From: Fonticula alba ATCC 38817
Taxonomy: Eukaryota > Protista > Nucleariida
Reading direction: 5' to 3' (one strand)
Assembly (NCBI GenBank): GCA_000388065.2
Contig: KB932204.1
Length of the DNA: 64,000 nucleotides
Position numbers and translations under genes: made by a program. The notes beneath the pieces were generated by a model that did no database searches, was not told where the DNA came from, and saw only the letters and a program-made list of their open reading frames with translations. Below are positions 47,667 through 57,644 of this stretch, one piece after another (the stretch's first letter is position 1; every line of letters starts with the position of its first letter).

Positions 47667-48777
47667 GGAGGGGGCCCCATGGGGAGGGCGCGGGTGTGAG
47701 TGGCAGGCTGACCGGCAGGGGCAGGGCCGGGAGGCGGGGGACGTACACAATCTGCCGGGCGTCTTCCAGTGCGCTGAAGTAATCCGGCGACATGTAGCGC
47801 GTGGTGGCCAGGATGAGGCGCCTGTCGAGGCAGGGGGCCGACATGGCGGGCGCCATGTCGGCGGCCGAAACGGCCGGCCCGGCCAGCAGACGAGTGGCCA
47901 GGGCCGGCCCGGGCACCAGGCCCGCGCGGAGGACCCCCCCCTCCAGGTCGGAGCCCGAGGCCGGGAAATCCCCCCCGGCCGGGCCGGGAAGCAGGAGGAC
48001 CGCCCGCTCGGGGATCGGCGGGGCCAGAAGCGGCATCGAGGCGGTCACAGGGGCTGTCGAGCCGCCGCCACCGCCGCCGCCGCCGCCGCCGGCAAATGGC
48101 GCGACCGCCGAGGCCATGCCCAGGACCAGCGACTGGCGCGAGGCGGAGCGCGACAGATAGGGCACGGCCGCCGGGGGGATGGACCCCTCCGGCGACACGG
48201 ACACCGGGGTCAGCAGCGGCGACAGGGTCCCCAGCGGGGGCAGCCGGGGGAGAGGAACCGGCGCGGGCCAGGGGGCCAGATCCGTCGGGAGGCCCGGGCT
48301 GCCGGCCACATCCAGGGCCATGGGCGACCCGGGCGCCGCGGAGCTGAGCCCCGAGTCCAGGCCCGAGTCCAGGCCGAAGTCCAAGTCCCAGTCGGTGACG
48401 ACGCCGCTGCCCGGCGAGAAGGGGTCCTCCGCGGAGTCGTCCTCCTCGCCGGCGGAGGAGGCACACGAGGAGAGGGCTTCGGAAACCAGGGAGAAGGCCT
48501 CGGAGTCGGAGCCCGGGTTCGAGGGTCCGGTGGCCGGGGTGCGCGGGCTCGTCGGGCCCGGCAGCAGGGCCACCGCGGGGCTGCCGGTGGCGGCCATCGG
48601 AGACCCGGCAGTCTCGCTGGCCGGCGGAGGCGAGTGGCCCTCCTGGCGCCAGGCAACCGACCGGCTCGGGGGGTGGAATTCGACCAGATGCTGCGTACTC
48701 GGGTCGCAGCTGGGCAGCGCGAAGGGGGCGGGGGAGGGGGGCGGGGGAGGGGGGCGGGAAGGGGGGGCAGCCGGCAT
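42803..48777 (-). CDS. IKS1: IKS1-like Ser/Thr protein kinase with long C-terminal coiled-coil/transmembrane extension, 4 exons, ~1789 aa
   Basis: Exons 48777-47747, 47580-46336, 46238-44657, 44314-42803 (5370 nt, in frame). Motifs MSPDYFSAL, YYRQFFREHGRLGSGATGTVHLVEH, LGLYACK, NVVEYKHAWVE, LFILMQYCEAGSL, LHCDVKPSNVLL, LLSDFGEA, GTLDYLAPE, DVWSLGMLLF..FGGLPF follow the fungal IKS1 pattern. Start codon uncertain. Confidence 0.8.
44466..44540. repeat. 10-bp tandem repeat (GCATATGGAC) x7.5 within (AC)-rich intron
   Basis: Read directly, inside kinase intron 44315-44656. Confidence 0.95.
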
Positions 48778-51242
48778 GCCTGGAAAGGACAGGAAGGGCG
48801 GGCAGGCACAACGAGGGGCGCGGGGGGGGGGCTCACAGGATCAGGTCCCAGTCGACGGCGGGGAGACCCATGGCAGGGGGCTCGGGGTGTTGGTGGACAG
48901 CCAGTACGGTGCGGTCACCGGGTTCCTCGCTGCCAGGCCCGGCGGGCAGCTCCTCGTGGGGAGGCAGGGCGGCCATGCTTGCCGGGGACAGGGCGCAGGG
49001 GGAGGGGGGGGGGGAGGCGGAGAAAGGGGGAGGAGGAGGGCAATCAGAGAGGGCGGCTATGGGATGGGGGGGGGGGCAGGGCAGAGGCAGAGAGATAGTG
49101 GTGGGGAATGGGGCGTGTGAGCGGCCGCCAGAGTGGTGGAGGGGTTGCCCTTCTTCGTCCTGCTGGAAGAGGGAAACGCGGCTGCCGGGTCGCCCGTGTG
49201 TCATGTTCCGGGCCGGGGTCACGGTCGGTGGAGAATGATCGGCCCCCCCCCCCCCCCCCAAGGAAAGTCGCGGGATCTGGCTCTCAAGGGGCGGGGGGCC
49301 GCATGGAAGATGCAATCTGCCCGATCGCCGGGGGGGGGGGATGCGGCCCGGGCTCGGGTCCCCGGCGTCCGGGAAGAGGCCGGCGCCCGCCCGATCGGCC
49401 CGCATCCGGGGCAGACAGTGCCGGTGGCTGGCGCCCTCTCGCCCAGGGCGGGGGGGGGGGGGNNNNNNNNNNNNNNNNNNNNNNNNNNNNNNNNNNNNNN
49501 NNNNNNNNNNNNNNNNNNNNNNNNNNNNNNNNNNNNNNNNNNNNNNNNNNNNNNNNNNNNNNNNNNNNNNNNNNNNNNNNNNNNNNNNNNNNNNNNNNNN
49601 NNNNNNNNNNNNNNNNNNNNNNNNNNNNNNNNNNNNNNNNNNNNNNNNNNNNNNNNNNNNNNNNNNNNNNNNNNNNNNNNNNNNNNNNNNNNNNNNNNNN
49701 NNNNNNNNNNNNNNNNNNNNNNNNNNNNNNNNNNNNNNNNNNNNNNNNNNNNNNNNNNNNNNNNNNNNNNNNNNNNNNNNNNNNNNNNNNNNNNNNNNNN
49801 NNNNNNNNNNNNNNNNNNNNNNNNNNNNNNNNNNNNNNNNNNNNNNNNNNNNNNNNNNNNNNNNNNNNNNNNNNNNNNNNNNNNNNNNNNNNNNNNNNNN
49901 NNNNNNNNNNNNNNNNNNNNNNNNNNNNNNNNNNNNNNNNNNNNNNNNNNNNNNNNNNNNNNNNNNNNNNNNNNNNNNNNNNNNNNNNNNNNNNNNNNNN
50001 NNNNNNNNNNNNNNNNNNNNNNNNNNNNNNNNNNNNNNNNNNNNNNNNNNNNNNNNNNNNNNNNNNNNNNNNNNNNNNNNNNNNNNNNNNNNNNNNNNNN
50101 NNNNNNNNNNNNNNNNNNNNNNNNNNNNNNNNNNNNNNNNNNNNNNNNNNNNNNNNNNNNNNNNNNNNNNNNNNNNNNNNNNNNNNNNNNNNNNNNNNNN
50201 NNNNNNNNNNNNNNNNNNNNNNNNNNNNNNNNNNNNNNNNNNNNNNNNNNNNNNNNNNNNNNNNNNNNNNNNNNNNNNNNNNNNNNNNNNNNNNNNNNNN
50301 NNNNNNNNNNNNNNNNNNNNNNNNNNNNNNNNNNNNNNNNNNNNNNNNNNNNNNNNNNNNNNNNNNNNNNNNNNNNNCCCCCCCCCCCCCCCCCGCACAA
50401 CGGGGCTTCGTCTGCGCCCCTTTTTCCTGAGGACCAACCAAAGGCACCAACAGTGCCCTCGCCTCGGGCTGGGCCGAGGCCAGGCACTCCCCACGCGGCA
50501 GTTAACGCCAGCCTCGCAGAGGCCCGACTCTGGCCGGTGGGGCGCTCGGTTGTCCTGCCCCGGCGCAGGCAGACACCCCGACCGGGCGGGGGCCGCCCGG
50601 CTGGCTGGAGCATCTCGCCCATGGATGTGTGTGTGTGTATATGTGCGCGTGTGTCAGTGCAGGTGCATGGCGGACACTCCCGGGTGCGGCGGAATAACCC
50701 GGGGAGCCGGCCCAGCCCGGCCAGGGAAGTCAGACGAAGCCGGCGCCGGGCGCCGGGCGCCGGGCCGAGCGGACGCATGCCTTTCGGGTGGGCGCCCGCC
50801 CCGTGCCTGCGCGGGGGGTGTTGTTTTGGGTCCGGAAACGCGCCCCGGCTCCCCCCCACCTCGGGCAGCCCATTGCGTGTGGCCGGCCAGGGGGCGGATA
50901 ATCCGGTCACACAAATACACATGCATATATACATATGTACGGTGCTCACGCGCTCCCGACCGCTCACGCCCCCCCCCCACCGGCCGCGAACCGGCGCTCC
51001 CCGCCCCCCCCCCTGCCGGTTGGTCATGTATGATGGCGCCCAAATAGAAGGGGGTGTTAGCTCTGCATGCCCCGGGGCCGGTTGCTCGCGCTGCTGCTTC
51101 TGGTCTTGGCGACACGGCATCAGCTGCAGGTCACATGCGACACCCGGGCGATGGTGCTCCATGGGCGGACCTCCGGCCAACAGGCGCAAGGCACAAATGC
51201 CCGGGCATAAGTAGCTGTAAATGGGGTCACCTTTCAACCAGC

Positions 51243-51316
51243 GTCCGAATGGTGTAGTCGGTTATCACATTCGCCTCACACGCGAAAGGTCCCCAGTTCG
51301 AACCTGGGTTCGGACA
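51243..51316 (+). tRNA. tRNA-Val-CAC: tRNA-Val(CAC)
   Basis: Acceptor GTCCGAA/TTCGGAC+A; anticodon arm TTCGC-CT[CAC]AC-GCGAA; T-loop TTCGAAC; T5 downstream. Confidence 0.96.
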
Positions 51317-51618
51317 ATTATTTATTTTTCCTTCGCCGCCCTGTGATACACACACACCGAACCGGGGGCCAGCACCCGGCGGTGTCCCGGCAAGCACAAG
51401 AGGCACCCTTTTATTGGGCCGGATTCGGCGGCGCACGGGCCTCCGAAGAGTTTTTGCGCCGCCCGTGCCCCAGGCGGCTTGTCTTTGCTCTCGGTGGGCG
51501 GAGGACGCCCGATGAGGCGGCCAGCCGGCCGGGCCGGCAAGAGCCACCCTCTCGAGCGGGGTAGGGACGCCACGGAGGGGGGGGGGGAGAGAGAGAGAGA
51601 GAGATGGACATGGGGCCG

Positions 51619-53576
51619 CTAGATGGGGCAGTCGAGCAGCGCATCCAGCGGCACGCCCGGCAGGATGGACACCCCGCCGGGGCCGGTGTCCGCCAGGTCG
51701 CTCGGTCCGGCCGCGGCTCCGGCGCTCCCCGGCCCCGGGGTAAGCGGCGGGAGGGCCATGTGCCGGATGAGGGTGCGAGTTGGCTCGCTGTACCGGCAGC
51801 CGGCGGCCAGGGGGTCCGGATGTTGCGTGCGCGCCAGGCCACAAAGGACCGCCATGTTGGCCTGTGGCATTGGCGGGGGTGTTCCGCCGGGGCCACTTCC
51901 CGGTTAGTCTTCATTCGGGTGGAGCGCGGCGAGGCAGAGGGCCGGGGGGGTTCCCGCCCCGGGGGGACGCACCTCGCGCCCGGCTTCCGGCAGCTGGGCC
52001 GTCGCGCCGGGAACAAAGTGCACCATGGTCCGCAGCGTGCGCAATGTGCGCTTGTGCAGGGTGTCGGCGATGGCTCCGGCCGACTGCCGGCCCCCGAGGA
52101 GGGGCAATGGGCCATTCGCATGGGGGCGATCATGTCAGCCATGGGCCACGGGCCTCGCCCGCCGGCAGGGGGCTTGTACTTGGGGTGCTGCCGGAGGCCG
52201 GGGCCCTAGGCCCGGGCGCCGGAGGCGGACGCACCTGCTCGGCCGACACGCCTGCCACCGAGAGCTCCCGCAAAAGGACCGCCGCCGCGCGAGCCTCCAC
52301 CAGGAGAATCAGCCCCCCAGCGGGGAGGCCCTCCTCCAGGTGGCCGAAGTCCAGCGCGGCCTCGAGGCGGTTCCCGCGGAAGTGGGCGCCCGGCCGGGGA
52401 AGCGACCGCGGCCGAATGGCCACCGCCTCGGCCGTGCCACCGACGAATTGCATCCCGGCGGCCAGGGCCGGCATGTCGGCCAGGCGCAGCAGCGGCGCGG
52501 TGTCCTGGTCCGGCCCGATCACCAGCAGCACGTGTGTCGGTGCCTGGGCGGGATGTTGGCCGAGCTGCGCCTCCAGGTCCGAGGCCATCTTCGGCCGGTC
52601 GATGTGGCCGGCAGGCGGCCGCGCCGGCGAGGACATGGCCAAAGCACCGGGCCCACATGGCCAGCAGCGGTGTCAGCCGAGGGACCTTGAGCATGGCAAT
52701 CCGGCACGCTAGCCCAGCCGTGCGCCTCCCCCCCGCCCCGCCCCGCCCCGCCCCGCCCCGACCCCCCTACCCCGGCTGGACCATCCCGCGAGGGGCACGC
52801 ACCTGGTCCAGGGTGGTGGAAAGCCCGACCGCCGGCGAGCCCGCCAGCCAGGCTGCCCATTCGGACCAGAGGGGCGCGCAGGCGTCGGCCGCCGGGCCCG
52901 AGCCCCGACCCGGGCTGGCCGCCACCCAGGGGCCGCGACCGGCAAGACGGAAGGCCGCGGCCTGGGGCCCGGGCCGAAGTTGCCGGCCGCCCGGGCCCTC
53001 GGCTTCGGCCAGGTGCCAGCCCCACTGGGCCAGGACTTCGCCAAGGGCAAAGGGATCGCCCCGCGACCGGGGGACCAAGACGGCCGGCGCCAGGCGCACG
53101 CCCGCGCGCAGGGCCGCCCGCAGGCGAGCCCAGTCGGCCACCAGGCGCCGGCCGCCGGGGGCCACCTCGTCGGCCGCCTGGGCGGCCAGCCTCTCCAGGG
53201 CGTTCCAGTAGCGGCGCCGACTCCGGACGGCGGTTGTCTCGGGCGGCGGGGCCCCGGCCCCGGGGGCCCCGATGGCCGGGTCCAGCCCATCAGCAAGGGC
53301 CGAGCCCAGGGCCACGGCCAGCGGCATGCCGGCGCAGCACCCGCGCAGGGGCGCCAATTCCGGAGCCAGGCCCCGGTCCAGCCCGGCCGCAAGGGGGGCC
53401 CCGGCAAGCCGCGACACGGCCAGCCCCGGGCCGTCGCCGGCCAGCCGGGCGGGCTTGATGCGCTGCGACACCAGGCGCACCGCGGCTCCGGGCTCATCGC
53501 GGCTGGACAGGACCAGGGTGGTCACCAGGAGCCCCAGTACCAGCAGCAAGTACTTGGTGCCAGGCAGGGAGGACAT
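51619..53576 (-). CDS. Hypothetical protein with N-terminal signal anchor/peptide, ~490 aa, 4 exons
   Basis: MSSLPGTKYLLLVLGLLVTTLVLSS start. Exons 53576-52803, ~52588-52235, 52083-51973, 51861-51619 are joined by three GTGCGT-donor introns in frame; the first acceptor is tentative. Codon usage resembles neighbouring genes. No recognised domain. Confidence 0.55.
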
Positions 53577-54155
53577 AGTGCGGGCGGGACTCGGCGCGAG
53601 GGGCGTCGGGGGCGAGGCGCGGCGCGTGCGGCAGATGTTGCGGAGTGATTCGGAAAAGAGCAAGACAAAGGGGGGGGGGGGGGGGCGATAAAAGGAAAGG
53701 CGGGCGTCTGTGGGGTGCCATTCCACGGGCCTGCGCCTCTCGGCGGCTCATTAGCCCCGGTCGTCGAGGGGCCGATTGCTGCCTCGCGCGGGCAGATGGG
53801 GCTCCTGTTCCCCTTCCCCCGGCTCCCCGGCCTCTAGTCCCGTCTATGGTGTCGCCGCGGCCGGCCTCCGATCACCCAAGGTGGCGGCCTGCCCCTGTGG
53901 GCTAAGAGCCAATGGGCTGTCATCAGCCGGCTGACATGAGTCACGATATCATGCCGGGAAACCTAAAGGCATTCAAGCCATACTGTCACATCAGAACGGA
54001 CGCTTGCGTGGGCACATGTCCGTCCAATCTAGGATCGAGGCGCGGGTCGTGTGATTGTGGGTTTCATCCTGACACCCCAAGAGGGCCGGGTCATTGGTAT
54101 GAGCGTCCACGAGAATGGTAATGTCATGTAGGGGTGTATGTGTGTCTGTGTATGT

Positions 54156-54184
54156 ATTTTGTATGTATGTATGTATGTATGTAT
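54156..54184. repeat. (TATG)n microsatellite
   Basis: Read directly. Confidence 0.8.
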
Positions 54185-55467
54185 TTGTGTGCGTGTGCGT
54201 GTGTGGACCGAGGCTGGCGACCGACGGGAGGACCTCCTCGCGTGCTGGTCTCGGTGCCGGGCCATTTGTTTCCCGATTACCGCCAGTGCGAGCCTGCTGG
54301 CTGCCTGGCATCCTTGACGCATTGGGTATCCAACGCTTGTGGCCTCGGTCTCCGCCGCTGCGGCGCAAAGCGACCGGGTTAAAATGCCGCAGTGCATGCC
54401 GCGCCCCCGAGAAACCGGGGCGGGCCGGATCATCCCTTTGGTCGGTGCCCACGCCCCGGTCCTAGGCCCGGCTCGGCCCGGTGGCTAATGGATTCTGTCT
54501 CATCGCGCGGCCGGCGCGGGGGCCCCGGGTGCGGGCGGGAGCCGGCGCCTCGACGGGCGGCGAAGCCCAGGGGCGCGCAACACCTTTCGGGCCCCGAACG
54601 CCATCCCCATGTGGCCGGCACATGGTCCCTTCGCTTCCCCTGAGGACCAACGCGCTGCCCGTGCGAGGCGGGGGGGGGGGATCCGGAGAACACCGGGGCC
54701 CCCGGGGAGGGGGCGGCGGCGAGGCGCCATTCGCTTCGGGTGCGGGATGTGCCAGACCACGTCCGGCAGCGTGTGCAGCTACCCCGCCTGCCCCCCGGGT
54801 GCCCTCGCGCCGAGGGCGGCCAGCGCGTGGAATGCCCCGGGCTTCGCGACATAGATTGCCACTGTGCGAGCCGCGTTGCCCTCGCACCCCGTCCCCGGCC
54901 GGGAGATGGGCGGGTTCCTGGGCCCGGCAAGGGCATCCCCGGTCTTCATGCCGGGGATCGGTCGAGTCGCCGACGCATGTGAATGTCACTCGGCATGGGC
55001 ACGCTCGAGCCGGGCATCCCCAGCGGGGCGGGCCCCGGAGGAGTCCCGCACCGGCCGCGGGGGGAATACGTGCCCAGGCTCGACCCGGGGGTCCCCGCCT
55101 TGGCCCCCCTCCCCGGGCTAGCTTGGATCCCCACCGCGGAAGGGGACACAGCATGCACGCTCGTGCCCCCTCCCACCCCTCGCGTGCATCTCCTTACCGC
55201 CCCGGCCCATGGGAGCCCTGGGCGTTGTTATTTCGAGGTGCCCCTCAGCCTCTCCCCCCGGGCGGGTCCCACCATGCGCCACCGGGTCGACGCCTGTGTC
55301 TACAGGACACGGGGGCCCATTTGCCCGTGTGCGACCGGGCGACACCTCCTTCAACACACATGCTTGCGGTCGCTATTTTCATGAGGTCCCCCCCCCGGGC
55401 TTGGAGAATAGCCCGCCACAGGGAGGGGGGAGCACATTATTGCGACAGGGCGGGCCTCCCGGCTCTG

Positions 55468-55469
<2 letters not shown>

Positions 55470-55512
<43 letters not shown>
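55470..55512. repeat. (CT)n microsatellite
   Basis: About 20 units read directly. Confidence 0.9.
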
Positions 55513-55517
<5 letters not shown>

Positions 55518-56847
55518 CGACTGTGGCATGGCCGCCGCACCTGAAGGGGATTCCCATGATGCCCGGCGCCAGGAGCACAGCTCTTGCCGCTGGGGACGCA
55601 CCACACCCCTGGACCCGGAGGGGGTCCCATTTGCCCATCGTGGCCAACCCTGCCGGAGATGCGCTCTCATACACACACACGCGTGGTGGGCGACCCGTTT
55701 TGCGGAAGACCGGGGAGCAGGTGCGCACCCTGGGACTCGGCGCCCGCCTGCTGCCTGCCCCCGGTTCCTGATGTTGTTCGATCGTGGGCTCTTCCGGGAC
55801 CTTCCGGGCGCTGTTGATCTAGCGCGGCGAAGTCCTGTCCTCGGAGCCGAGGCCCGAGCGGGGATCGGCGACCGGCAGCAACAACAGCTGCCGTGCCCCA
55901 GCCGAAGGGGCCGAGGAGGCATGTCACACTCCACGGGTCTCGAGTGCCACCGGAGCGGATCCCGGTGCCATGGGGCGAGAAGGGCGTCGAGGCCGGGGTG
56001 GGGGTGGGGATGGCGGGGGTGGGGAATGGGGGAGGGGGCGCCGGGCGGCCGAAGATGCCGCCTGAGTCAAAACACCCCCCGCCCCCCCACCCCATCCCCG
56101 CCCCGCACGGACCAAGAGCTCCTGTGTCGGTCGGCCGAGCCCGAAGGGCTGGCCGTGCGCCAGCGGGCCCGGTGCCGGAGCCCTGCCCACCGGGAGGAGG
56201 GTCTGGCGGCCCGGCGGCACAAAGTCGCCTCGCGGGGCCCTACCACGACCGCGAGCGTCATACAAAGCCTCCACCGGAGAAACACAGGAGTTGCCCCCGG
56301 GGGCAGGGACCGCGAGGCGGGGGAAGCCGGTGCGGCCCAATGGGCCTCCCGAGCCAGTGTTTTGGCCCCCGCCCTGGGCCTGGGTGGCATTCCTCTTTGC
56401 CGGACAGTGGGCTCCTCCTTGGCAGGGCGGGGCGGGGGGGGGGGGCTCTCCGTGCAGTCGGGCACAAAGGTGGGCCTCGAGGAGGGACACCTGGCCACGG
56501 GGCCGCCTGCGGGCATGGCTGTCTCCCCTGTGCCTGGGGCCGTCTCGATGGCGGGTCTGGGGTGGCGTGTCGATGGAAACACTGATCGGGGTGAGGGGGG
56601 CCCGCGATGCGGCGCGAGGGCCGGCCAGCCGCCAGAGGCAGGGTGCTCGCCCGGAAGAGGGGCCGAAGGCGAGAGGCGCGCACCGTCGGACGCTCCGCCC
56701 CTCGGGCGTCTCTCCCCGGAGGCCCCATGTCCTGGCTGGACCCGTGTGGCGCACACATCCTCGGAGCCGAAGATGGCGCCTGTGGCATGGTCCTGGCCCT
56801 AAGGGGCCGCCTGGTCGGGTCATCTTGCCCGGCGGGGGCCACCTCGC

Positions 56848-56891
<44 letters not shown>

Positions 56892-57644
56892 CTGCGCCTT
56901 CTCCCTCGGGGCCGGATATTGCTCGGGATGGCTCCTCGGCCATGAGGCGCCGTACGCATGTGGCTCGGCGCCTTGTTGGCAAGTGAGACACGGCCCCCGC
57001 CCGGCTCGCCTCTCCGCCCGCCGGTCAGCACGCGAGGCCGCGCGGGCCGGGCCAAGGGCGGGAAAGGGGAACCCGCCGGACGGGCCCGGAGATGAACAAG
57101 CAGCCGGAAGAAAATATGACCCAGGCACGGCCCCCCAGTGTGTCCCCTCCTCGCGGCAGGAGGGGTGTCCTAAAAGGCACGATGGACAGATGGCTCCGGG
57201 GCACAACACCGGATAAAGCCAGATGCGATCCATTTGCCCCAATCGCGCCTCCTCGTCCGCCTCCTCCCCCNNNNNNNNNNNNNNNNNNNNNNNNNNNNNN
57301 NNNNNNNNNNNNNNNNNNNNNNNNNNNNNNNNNNNNNNNNNNNNNNNNNNNNNNNNNNNNNNNNNNNNNNNNNNNNNNNNNNNNNNNNNNNNNNNNNNNN
57401 NNNNNNNNNNNNNNNNNNNNNNNNNNNNNNNNNNNNNNNNNNNNNNNNNNNNNNNNNNNNNNNNNNNNNNNNNNNNNNNNNNNNNNNNNNNNNNNNNNNN
57501 NNNNNNNNNNNNNNNNNNNNNNNNNNNNNNNNNNNNNNNNNNNNNNNCTGGGCTCCTGCCCTGCCCACATATTCTGCCCGCCCTGCCTGCCTGCCTCCTT
57601 TTGCCCGCTGCTCCTCCCCGCGGACGACGTGTGCGCCCGGCGCC

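Noticed and set aside
48833-49000. Upstream exon (MAALPPHEEL..DWDLIL) for the kinase
   Set aside because: Splicing GTGAGC..TTCCAG does not join it to the kinase frame; it may be a 5' UTR intron or need an exon hidden in the nearby gap.
53600-57640. 773-aa minus-strand ORF (54481-56802) and neighbours
   Set aside because: Runs through (GA)n and (CCG)n repeats with no domain or coding-like codon pattern; treated as intergenic/promoter DNA.
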